A DNA stretch of 32,000 nt, from assembly GCA_000091165.1 (NCBI GenBank), contig FP565575.1:2460001-2492000 (forward strand), in the 5' to 3' direction. The notes under the pieces are model-generated. The model was not told where the DNA came from, did not search any database, and worked only from the letters and a program-made list of their open reading frames with translations. Both the position numbers and the translations under genes were made by a program. The stretch comes from Candidatus Methylomirabilis oxygeniifera. Lineage in GTDB: Bacteria > Methylomirabilota > Methylomirabilia > Methylomirabilales > Methylomirabilaceae. Below, piece after piece: positions 9,750 to 17,938 of this stretch (position 1 is the first letter of the stretch; each line of letters begins with the position of its first letter).

Positions 9750-10132
9750 CGGCCGGACTCATCGTCAAAGGCGGGAAGATCCTCATTACCCAACGCCCGG
9801 GCCACGTCCATTTGGGCGGGCTGTGGGAGTTTCCCGGCGGCAAGCGGCAAGTCAACGAAAGCTTCGAGACCTGCTTGAAAAGAGAGGTCATGGAAGAGTT
9901 GGGGCTGACTATTGCGGTTCACGAACAGATCTTCTCCACCGAGCACCACGACGCTGGGCGCCATATCCGGCTCCGTTTTTACCGATGCACCGTCCTGGCC
10001 GGTGAACCCAGCCCCTTCGGGTGCCAAGCCTATCGGTGGATTACCCCGGTCGAGATCAGCGCCTACCCGTTTCCTCCTGCCGACCTGCCGCTGGTGCATC
10101 AGATCGCCTCGGGACGGCATATCATCGTTTAA
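9719..10132 (+). CDS. Nudix hydrolase (MutT-like)
   Basis: Nudix box GGKRQVNESFETCLKREVMEELGL. Overlaps the preceding glycosylase gene by 31 bp in a different frame. Confidence 0.93.
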   Translation: MPEAAPTVEVAAGLIVKGGKILITQRPGHVHLGGLWEFPGGKRQVNESFETCLKREVMEELGLTIAVHEQIFSTEHHDAGRHIRLRFYRCTVLAGEPSPFGCQAYRWITPVEISAYPFPPADLPLVHQIASGRHIIV

Positions 10133-10659
10133 CGCTTCCAGTAACGACTGTACTCGGGAAGGTAGGACAGCGTCTCAAGGCTTTTCATCCGGTCGATAAA
10201 CAGCTTACCCAACAAGTGGTCACGCTCATGTTGAAGTACCCGCGCGTGGAACCCGGTCGCAACAAATTCAAACGACCGGCCCTCCCGATCGAGCGCCTTC
10301 GCCCGCACCTGTTGGTATCGTGGCGTCTGGCCTCGGAAATCGATCAGACTAAGGCACCCCTCCCAGTCGTCCTCTAACTCGGGAGCGAGCGGCGTCACCT
10401 CAAGATTAATTAGAACCGTGAGCGGAATCTCCGGGGCGTCAGGATAGCGCGTGTTTCCCTTCGACTCAATCACGGCGATCTGCTTGGAGACATGAACCTG
10501 TGGTGCGGCGATCCCGACGCCTTCGTATTCCCGCATGGTCTCGATCATATCATCGATGAGGCGCTGGATCTCGGCCTCTCGAATCGTCTCCGGTCTGACG
10601 GGCGGCGCAACCTGACGTAAAACCGGATGCCCCAGACGCGCGACCTTCAAAATCGCCAC
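10129..10659 (-). CDS. def: Peptide deformylase
   Basis: GVGIAAPQV, EGCLSLID and QHERDHLLGKLFIDR motifs. Converges with the Nudix gene over a shared TTAA. Confidence 0.96.
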   Translation of the reverse strand: MAILKVARLGHPVLRQVAPPVRPETIREAEIQRLIDDMIETMREYEGVGIAAPQVHVSKQIAVIESKGNTRYPDAPEIPLTVLINLEVTPLAPELEDDWEGCLSLIDFRGQTPRYQQVRAKALDREGRSFEFVATGFHARVLQHERDHLLGKLFIDRMKSLETLSYLPEYSRYWKR

Positions 10660-10675
10660 TCCGCCCCCTCCCTAT

Positions 10676-11218
10676 CTACCACGGAATCTCTTCGATCCCT
10701 GCATCACGATTGACCGCCCTGGCCAAGGTGAAGAGGAGGTCGGAGAGTCGATTGATATAAGCAATGAGGACAGGTGAGAGCGGCTCACCCTGAGACAATG
10801 CGACCATCCGCCGCTCTGCCCGCCGGCAGACAGTCCTGGCCAGATGGAGCAGCGCGCCACCCTCTGAGCCACCAGGCAGGATAAAGGCGCGTAACGGGCT
10901 CAGCACGGTATCGTACCGATCGATGATCCCTTCCAGCTCTCGAACCCTTCCCTCGTGCACGCCCGCCTTCTCGGCCTTCTGTTCCACATGGCCGGTCGGG
11001 TCGGCGAGCTGCGCACCGACCGCAAACAGGTCGCGTTGGATCTGCAGCAGGTCTTTCCTGATCGTCTCGTCCGTCAACTTGGCTCTGATCCAGCCCAGGA
11101 CAGCGCTCAGCTCGTCCACCTCGCCGTACGCCTCGACTCGAAGGGCAGATTTGAACGCTCTCTTCCCTCCGATCAGCCCGGTCTCGCCCTTATCACCCTT
11201 CCGCGTATAGATTTTCAT
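10676..11218 (-). CDS. PduO-type cob(I)alamin adenosyltransferase (cob(I)yrinic acid a,c-diamide adenosyltransferase)
   Basis: MKIYTRKGDKGETGLIGGKR, LVEAYGEVDELSAVLG-like (RVEAYGEVDELSAVLGW), ILPGGSEGGALLHLARTVCRRAER and YINRLSDLLFTLAR. Confidence 0.95.
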   Translation of the reverse strand: MKIYTRKGDKGETGLIGGKRAFKSALRVEAYGEVDELSAVLGWIRAKLTDETIRKDLLQIQRDLFAVGAQLADPTGHVEQKAEKAGVHEGRVRELEGIIDRYDTVLSPLRAFILPGGSEGGALLHLARTVCRRAERRMVALSQGEPLSPVLIAYINRLSDLLFTLARAVNRDAGIEEIPW

Positions 11219-11399
11219 AAGCAGCGTTCAGCTCTCAGCCGTCAGCCCTCAGCCGTAGGTCGGGTGAGCGTAGCGTAACCAGACAACTCGGCCAAATCTT
11301 CCGTCTCTACCTTGGGGGGTAGAGGGTTTTCGTATGTCGTGGTGCGGCCATACCGCATGAGGTGTTCCTCTAAAAAAGCCGTTCTTCCGCAATGTCAGC

Positions 11400-11454
11400 G
11401 CTATTATAGTCTATGCCGCGAATGGGACAAAACGGTTCTTATGCGGTGTCCTGT
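11400..11454 (-). promoter_or_regulatory. Promoter-like module copy A: TTGTCC (11425-11430), 16-nt spacer, TATAAT (11403-11408), read on the minus strand
   Basis: Minus strand ACAGGACACCGCATAAGAACCGTTTTGTCCCATTCGCGGCATAGACTATAATAGC. Shares the upstream box and -10 with copy B at 19434-19488. Confidence 0.65.
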
Positions 11455-11532
11455 ACCGTTCTGAGGGAAAACACGGATAGGCCAGATGGGAATGTGGGCG
11501 CATGAATGCCCGGTGAGGAAAGATAATGGGGC

Positions 11533-12018
11533 TTAGGCGGCTCTGCCGGGTCGCGCCCTGGTCGCTCGTACGACCAGATCGACGTCACAGTCTAGGACAT
11601 GAAGGAGGGACAGCAGTTGGTCTATGGACTTTCGATAGTTGGTTTGATCCAGGAGGCGGTACAACTGCGCGGCAGATGTCCCCAGCCGACGGATGATCTC
11701 CCGTTTCGAAAGGGGGCTGGCCTGAACCCGCTGTTGGGCCTCGATGGTGAGCTTGTACAGGAGCGCGTCCCGCAAGTAGCCAGGGTCCTGGTTGTATTCC
11801 AGTACCTGCTCGAGGTGCACCGTCCCCTCCAGCCCAGACATGAGAATATAGGTAAACCCTTCCTGGTTCAGTTCCGGATCTACGAAAACCCGTTCAAGGG
11901 GATCCTGGACCGTAGGCTGGGGTTCGAGTTTGGCGTAGGGGAAGACCAACGTCCCAGTCGAGGTTGTGACCTCAAACACTTTCTTGCGGTTATTGCCGGC
12001 CACTGCTCGGATCTTCAT
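11533..12018 (-). CDS. Conserved-looking hypothetical protein with a C-terminal XRE-like helix-turn-helix
   Basis: 161-aa ORF. SKREIIRRLGTSAAQLYRLLDQTNYRKSIDQLLSLLHVLDCDVDL resembles an XRE HTH. Confidence 0.7.
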   Translation of the reverse strand: MKIRAVAGNNRKKVFEVTTSTGTLVFPYAKLEPQPTVQDPLERVFVDPELNQEGFTYILMSGLEGTVHLEQVLEYNQDPGYLRDALLYKLTIEAQQRVQASPLSKREIIRRLGTSAAQLYRLLDQTNYRKSIDQLLSLLHVLDCDVDLVVRATRARPGRAA

Positions 12019-12222
12019 AGCCGTCCCTCAGACTCAAGTTCTCCAATGAACTTGCATCTTCCTAGAATCCTTGCGGTCTCGCCAGACCTTTCTTGTCCTA
12101 ATAATCGCCAACTTCAAGGCCTCCGGCACTATGCCAGCGAATCGCAGCGACGCTGATTGGCGTCACTGCAAGCTGATGTCGGACCCCCAATGTGTCTCAG
12201 GCAGGAGTATTTTACTGCCGTA

Positions 12223-13287
12223 CTATCGATGCTTCCGCCCCCCTTTTTTCAGTGTCGCCTCAATTCCGGCTCGCACCAAATCTGCAACACTTCGCGAGAG
12301 TTCCTTGGTAACCGATGTCCAAGGCGCCTGAGCATCGTCCCGTATGTTAGCGAAGGCGTTCGGCTGCGACTGGTTCCAATTGAATGCCTTTTCCAACTCC
12401 TCGATGTTTAATAGACCGTCGTTGAGGTGTACGAACAGCCGCCCTTGTCTCAGCGCATGCCGGCGCTCCATGAGGCGCTCGGATTGATCTAACATTGCGC
12501 GGCCATATCGCCAGAGAAATACTGCTAGCAGAACGATCATGCCGTATGCCGAAAACGACTTACTGAATCGAAGAAACCCCTCCCAATGGTAGTTAGCCTC
12601 TCCCATTGGGATCTTGTCTTCCACAGGCACCAAACCGAATATGTTACCGTGATGGTAGACTACTATTGGTATTGGATTCGCGCCTGGGAGAGATTCCCAA
12701 CCGAGCAGATGAGCTAGCGCTAGACCGGCGCCCAACGCGACAATGAAAATCGCTAATCGGCTCGCCCGGTAACCATTTCTTTGATGCCTGGCAGAGTGCT
12801 CCTCCAGATACGCAATCGCCTTTTCAACGAAAAGGTCTGTGACGGCTAGATGATATGCTCTCAGTGCTGGATTCAGGACACGTGGTCCCTGATCCTTACG
12901 GGCTGGTGCGGGGGTTCCGGCTGCTAAAGTTATAGGTTCTGATTGGTGCGGTTGCTTCTCATTACTAAGCGACTCGTGCGCTCCATACTCAAGCGCCTCT
13001 GCTTCAGCTCGTTTGAGTTGAACGTGTCTGAGCCTCAAACGTCTGTAGGTTTTGCGCGCTATCTCCTCGTGATGATCGGTTTGGCCTCGCGTCAACGTGC
13101 TTATAAAGCGTTTGAGCCTTAAAAGGAAATGTCTCGCTATCTCCTTGGGGGGATCAATTTGGTTACCCGCTTCTGCGCTTTGAATGAAATCGTTGGTGAT
13201 AGTTTCGATTAGTTTAGAGTATGCCTGATCAACTGTCTCTTTAGATGTCTGTTGTGCTGCTTTCGGTTCGTTAGCATTGTCGTTCAT
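12223..13287 (-). CDS. Hypothetical membrane protein of unknown family
   Basis: 354-aa ORF with two hydrophobic segments (ASRLAIFIVALGAGLALAHLLG and SAYGMIVLLAVFLWRYG) and a charged N-terminal half. Confidence 0.65.
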   Translation of the reverse strand: MNDNANEPKAAQQTSKETVDQAYSKLIETITNDFIQSAEAGNQIDPPKEIARHFLLRLKRFISTLTRGQTDHHEEIARKTYRRLRLRHVQLKRAEAEALEYGAHESLSNEKQPHQSEPITLAAGTPAPARKDQGPRVLNPALRAYHLAVTDLFVEKAIAYLEEHSARHQRNGYRASRLAIFIVALGAGLALAHLLGWESLPGANPIPIVVYHHGNIFGLVPVEDKIPMGEANYHWEGFLRFSKSFSAYGMIVLLAVFLWRYGRAMLDQSERLMERRHALRQGRLFVHLNDGLLNIEELEKAFNWNQSQPNAFANIRDDAQAPWTSVTKELSRSVADLVRAGIEATLKKGGRKHR

Positions 13288-13668
13288 TGGCGGTTTCTCC
13301 AGGCTCGCCTTCCATTTGTATCTCTTGACGCCAGAAGGGTTCTATTGTGTTATCAGTATCATTTCCGCCTCACACACTGCAAGAATATTGGTGCTCCTTC
13401 CTGACATGGGGACAATCCCTCGCCTCCGGCAAAGCAAGGGGGTCGGCGACATGTGGTCGCTACAGGTAGAATGAACTACCCCGCGGACAGACCGATGGGC
13501 AAGAACACCTGGACGACCTCTGTTTGGGAAAACTAATCCTCGACCCACTGTTTACGCTTCGATGCCCAGACAGCTTGGGGAACGCTTGCACCTTACCCCT
13601 GGTTCTCCGAACGCGTTTAGAGAGGCGATGAAATCATCATAATCAGGCATGGCTACTCTACTCGATCA

Positions 13669-13980
13669 TCAGTTTGCTGCGCTCGCTGCATCATCGATAG
13701 TTGACTCGACGTCGTTGGCTGCACTTTCAATATCATCGACGGCGGCCCGTACATGGGAGACGGCAATTCTCCAATCCGCATGGTCGAATTCATCGACTGC
13801 GGACGTCAGATCATCAACCGCACCTTTTAATGTTTCCACCTCTGACTGAGCGTCACCAAGTTTTGAGCGGACGTCTTCAAGCTGGGCCTCGAGTTCGGTA
13901 GCATGGTCGTTGTCACACCCTATAAGGGGCAGCGATAAAGCGAGTATTGCAACAAGAGATGGGAACGATGGCAGCTTCAC
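13669..13980 (-). CDS. Small putative lipoprotein with coiled-coil-like acidic region (GTG start)
   Basis: Signal/lipobox MKLPSFPSLVAILALSLPLIGC, then heptad-rich ELEAQLEDVRSKLGDAQSEVETLKGAVDDL. Confidence 0.7.
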   Translation of the reverse strand: MKLPSFPSLVAILALSLPLIGCDNDHATELEAQLEDVRSKLGDAQSEVETLKGAVDDLTSAVDEFDHADWRIAVSHVRAAVDDIESAANDVESTIDDAASAAN

Positions 13981-13992
13981 TTAGTAGTCCCA

Positions 13993-14068
13993 ATCAAGAT
14001 AGGAAGGGGTCTCGCGACCCCTCTCCTCTCACACCACCGTACATACGGATCACGTACACGGCGGTTCC
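13993..14068 (-). mobile_element. Remnant of a group II intron 3' end (domains V and VI)
   Basis: Minus strand GGAACCGCCGTGTACGTGATCCGTATGTACGGTGGTGT folds as a domain-V-like hairpin with a 2-nt GT bulge. It is followed by GGGGTCGCGAGACCCCTTCCTATCTTGAT, resembling domain VI and the intron 3' terminus. No reverse transcriptase ORF is present. Confidence 0.55.
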
Positions 14069-14290
14069 GCGAACCAACAGTCGAGAATTCCGCATGATGT
14101 GCAATGATCCCCCTGAATCCCTGTTGCCATATGTGGGCGCCGGCCAAGTTGTTGCCCCCATGGCGCGGCCTATCGGAATCAGCTATGCGCCTCACCTCGT
14201 TGTAGATCGCAAAGTGCGAAGTCCGCGAGAAGTTACGCGGCGTTGGCCGCCGCAAAGGGTAGTTCGAATCCGATCCCAGTGTTCCAGTTG

Positions 14291-15127
14291 TTATCGTAGC
14301 GGTCCACGTGGTTGTTCGTCATTCGGAAATGGATAGGTCGTTATCAGCAGTTCCGTTGTCTGGCATCGGTGCGAGGCTTCTGCGGCAAGCATACTAGATC
14401 GGTTGATACGATGATGAATACCAAATTCACGATATAATTCGCGGACGCTGTGGTGATCGGCATTGGAGAGCATGATCTTCGCACCTCGACTCGCCGCTCT
14501 CTTGATCGCAGAGGCGAGCCGCAACTGATCAGACCACAAGAACAACCTGTCGTTATACTTTATGAAATTATTGTTGTTATGCATAACGGTGTAGGGCGGG
14601 TCAACAAATACGAAGTCGTCCTTGCCAGCCCTGTTGATGGTGTCCTCAAAGTCTGCGGCCTGCAGCGATGCCTTACTCAAGCAGCCTGAGAGGGTTTGTA
14701 GGTATCCTTCGGGATATTCGACCAGAGTCTTGGAACCTATTGGGACATTGAAGTCGCCATTACGATTGACTCGGTAGATCCCATTAAAGCACGTCCGATT
14801 TAGATAAATGAAACGCACTGCCCGCTCCAGCGCGTTTTTTGGAAGTGTTGCGCGAATACGATAATATAACTCCTTGCTGTGTTGTTTTTGGAGCAAGTGT
14901 AGCCGTCTGTCGACCAATGCTGGATACTGTTGTAGGCACTCATATGCATTTATGAGATCAGGGTTGGTATCGGACAGAACGGCGCTGGTAGGTAAGAGAT
15001 AAAAGAACACCGCCCCTCCGCCCAGGAACGGTTCAATATAGCGGCGATAGGACGAGGGGAACATGGTGGCATGCTGTTGGACAAGCCATCTTTTGCCGCC
15101 TGGCCATTTAAGGAACGGCTCAGGCAT
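14291..15127 (-). CDS. Dam-family (M.DpnIIA-like) DNA N6-adenine methyltransferase
   Basis: FLKWPGGKRWLVQQH, YIEPFLGGGAVFFYL, DTNPDLINAY and DFVFVDPPYTV. ATG at 15127 preceded by GGAGG with 6-nt spacing. Confidence 0.93.
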   Translation of the reverse strand: MPEPFLKWPGGKRWLVQQHATMFPSSYRRYIEPFLGGGAVFFYLLPTSAVLSDTNPDLINAYECLQQYPALVDRRLHLLQKQHSKELYYRIRATLPKNALERAVRFIYLNRTCFNGIYRVNRNGDFNVPIGSKTLVEYPEGYLQTLSGCLSKASLQAADFEDTINRAGKDDFVFVDPPYTVMHNNNNFIKYNDRLFLWSDQLRLASAIKRAASRGAKIMLSNADHHSVRELYREFGIHHRINRSSMLAAEASHRCQTTELLITTYPFPNDEQPRGPLR

Positions 15128-17477
15128 CTTCGTCCTCCGCATCAGGGTTGGCTTCAAGAACGGGATTCTCTTGCGCTTCTTTCAGACGCGTCATCAGCTC
15201 ATCGTAAATGAAGTCTATGTACTCAAAATCCTCGACCTTGTAGTGCCGCTCTCTCGCAGGATGTGCCGGTATTCTCCGCAGTTCGTTAATCCGATTCATC
15301 CACTTGAGGTTCTTCGCAAGTCCCTTCTCACCAGGTTCTGGAATGTTGAATACCGTCTTGAAGAGAGGCCAGTTCTGGCGATTTTCCACGATCTTTTTCA
15401 TCTCAACGACTTCCAGATAGGTTTCCAGTGGAAGTCGTTCTTCGACTTCGTAGTCGAGCGAACGCTTGTATGCATCAGCCTTCAGCGCTTTATCTGGTAC
15501 TCCCTTGTCCCAGTAGGCCCCCTTATCTTCGCCATGAATAGCCCGGAAAACGTCAAAGATGAACTTCCGCATCTCGGATACGGTATCCTTGAGCTTGCTA
15601 TCTGCCTCCTGAATTCGCTCTTCTGACTGCTCCTCTTCCCACTGTTGCAAGCCCTCAGGCTGGAAGTCGGAATATTTCGTTTTGATCATTCTGCAGAGAC
15701 GGTAGTAATACTCCGGTGGTCCACCTGAGCCGAAAGGAACTTGAAAGGCTGCCTTAATCTGAGATGGTGTGCTTGATTCGAGGAAGTCCTCGATCGATTT
15801 CATGTATTCTTCGATTCCTATCATCACATCCTCGACCGTCATCTCGCGAGCATCAGCGGCCGTATTCGCTTCCCAGTACTTGACCAGCGCCCCCATGAGC
15901 ATGATGTATGCCTGGACGGCGACATTCGTGCAAAGATAACCATCCCGACCGTTTTCCCACTCGGATAGGTTTGCATTCCGAATAAATCCGAAATATTGGT
16001 TGATCGCTGAACGTGCCCGATCTAATGTCTCGGAGTCAGTGCAGCCGCAAAGAGCGCCCAGTTCGTAATTGCTATTGTTTAGAAGTGCTCGGCCAAGAAG
16101 TCCGGAACGTCGCAAAGCCTCCTTCAAAGCGGGGATTGTTAGGCAGGTCTTGTTTGTTGAAGGCATCCCTTGTTGAGTAATCCGATTGTAGAACGGTTCC
16201 CCAAGGTCCGCGTTCAAGCAGTTGATGAGGCGTGCGCTAATTGCGCCAATACGTTCGCTTGGGATCGAAGAACCCCATTTGAGCTCACCCTCGAGATCAT
16301 CGAGCAAATGTTTAGGTACGGATTTCTGCTCGTGATTGATTGTAACGAAGAGGTTGGCCTCCTCTGCCTTTGGTAGCATTTCGAATGCTACAACAATTAC
16401 ATTCTGATCAAGGTATTTGTCGTGAATAGGAGAAAACCCATATAGACGGTGCTGACCGTCGATGATCCACGCTGACCTGTATCGATCTGGTAAGTAGAGA
16501 TTTCCGAAGGTGACATTAGCGACTTCATTCTGCGTGACTTTATCAAAACGGACAGCGCGCGTGAAGTTGATGATCAGGTTATTTGGAAAGTAGCCGCCAG
16601 TTTTGATGAACTCTCCGATGTCACGCAGCCTGGAGCGGCTTACAAGGCGTTGATAGGTCGGCGCCCCTTCTGGGTCATTGAGCGATCGATGGTTGACAAA
16701 AGATATTTTCAGCAGGTGCCGCGGAGTCGTGATAAAGCAATAAAAGGGTTTACCTCCGAGCTTACCCTTGATTGCCGGGACAACCTTCCCGCTGAGTTCA
16801 GGGATTTGCTGGTCCTTCAGGAATTCAGCAAGAAACTGGTAACGGGCTGCTTTACCGAGATGATCGGCAATCTGCACGTAGTATCGGAGCTCTCGCTCCG
16901 TTATGATGCGAATGTTTTGACCAAGTGCCCGCTGTTTGTCTGGAGCTGACCAGATAATGTTTTCGGTGACAAGTAGCCAGATGATCTTCAACTTGACATC
17001 TGAACCATAGTGCTTGCGCACCGCGTTCGATATGGATCCTTTGAGATTGGCAAACTCCTCAATGTCCTTCTGCAGACTGCGCCGCGTCAGCTTCTCCGAT
17101 GCCTTGCATTCGGCAACGATAATCGTTTCATCATCTTTGCCGAAGACATCAATCTGCTTACGCAAGGGCTCCGCCCCTTTTCGCTCTATAAGTACCGAAA
17201 AGTTCCGCCCATCACTTATCTCGGGGTAGCCCAGTTTACACAGAAGCATCCATAATCTGTTTTCCAGCCTTTCGTCGATCTCCTTCTCGCGCCTGACTTT
17301 AGTGAGACGCTTGAGCTTCCGGTCAACCTGCCACCCCTTGGCCTCGTGATCGGGAATAGTGTCGGCGGATACAGATTTTTCGTCGAACAACTTTCGCCTG
17401 CGAACAGCTTCTCTACGGATACGCGAGGGATCGGTTAATAGCGGTCCAAGATAACATTCTGTAGCAGAATTGTTCAT
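15120..17477 (-). CDS. DGQHR-domain protein with N-terminal PD-(D/E)xK-like region and C-terminal HEPN-like Rx4H motif
   Basis: 785 aa. QIDVFGKDDETIIVAECKAS (candidate nuclease core), AWIIDGQHRLYGF and NLFVTINHEQKSVPKHLL (DGQHR family), INELRRIPAHPARERHY near the C-terminus. Confidence 0.88.
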   Translation of the reverse strand: MNNSATECYLGPLLTDPSRIRREAVRRRKLFDEKSVSADTIPDHEAKGWQVDRKLKRLTKVRREKEIDERLENRLWMLLCKLGYPEISDGRNFSVLIERKGAEPLRKQIDVFGKDDETIIVAECKASEKLTRRSLQKDIEEFANLKGSISNAVRKHYGSDVKLKIIWLLVTENIIWSAPDKQRALGQNIRIITERELRYYVQIADHLGKAARYQFLAEFLKDQQIPELSGKVVPAIKGKLGGKPFYCFITTPRHLLKISFVNHRSLNDPEGAPTYQRLVSRSRLRDIGEFIKTGGYFPNNLIINFTRAVRFDKVTQNEVANVTFGNLYLPDRYRSAWIIDGQHRLYGFSPIHDKYLDQNVIVVAFEMLPKAEEANLFVTINHEQKSVPKHLLDDLEGELKWGSSIPSERIGAISARLINCLNADLGEPFYNRITQQGMPSTNKTCLTIPALKEALRRSGLLGRALLNNSNYELGALCGCTDSETLDRARSAINQYFGFIRNANLSEWENGRDGYLCTNVAVQAYIMLMGALVKYWEANTAADAREMTVEDVMIGIEEYMKSIEDFLESSTPSQIKAAFQVPFGSGGPPEYYYRLCRMIKTKYSDFQPEGLQQWEEEQSEERIQEADSKLKDTVSEMRKFIFDVFRAIHGEDKGAYWDKGVPDKALKADAYKRSLDYEVEERLPLETYLEVVEMKKIVENRQNWPLFKTVFNIPEPGEKGLAKNLKWMNRINELRRIPAHPARERHYKVEDFEYIDFIYDELMTRLKEAQENPVLEANPDAEDEDA

Positions 17478-17526
17478 AATATTGCGTTCCTTATTGAATC
17501 ATTAAGTATGGTGCCACTGGGGCAGC

Positions 17527-17532
17527 ATTATA
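17527..17532 (-). promoter_or_regulatory. Candidate -10 (TATAAT) for the DGQHR/Dam operon
   Basis: Minus-strand GTGGTATAATGC about 50 nt upstream of the ATG at 17477. No strong -35 match at ideal spacing. Confidence 0.4.
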
Positions 17533-17938
17533 CCACGATAGGGCGTTCTGAAGTCTATAAGCAACTGATGTTGCGGGATCCCTGACTTACCGCAACGCTG
17601 CAAACTACGCCCTTTACGAAATACAACGCGGACCTTGCAGTCTATTTCACTATCCCCCGCAGTTATCCAGGCTGCTACGTTACCGCCATGATCGCAGGTG
17701 ATCAGCCTAGCCGTCCACACTCTGTCCGCCACGACAGACCTCTAGCGCCGACAGGCCCGGGACTGCCATAAACAAAACGGCCCCTTGGGGCATAAAAACC
17801 TCAAAGGGCCGCGAACATACGTTCCTTTGCCCACGCTGTTTAGGTGCGATTGCCGATCCTTACCGACTTCGTTGGGCGCATCCTCTCCTTCAATGAGGTG
17901 GAGCCAGTGTGCAGCGTAATTCGAGTCCGGTCCCAGTT

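Noticed and set aside
11219-11399. Cobalamin riboswitch in the leader of the adenosyltransferase gene
   Set aside because: No recognisable B12-box-like sequence was seen by eye. A covariance search would be needed to exclude it fully.
13549-13620. Short open reading LRFDAQTAWGTLAPYPWFSERV* on the plus strand
   Set aside because: Looks like possible gene debris but cannot be assigned to any family or bounded.
14262-14282. tRNA T-arm-like string (tagttcgaatccgatcc)
   Set aside because: Flanking stems do not pair and no anticodon or acceptor arms are visible.
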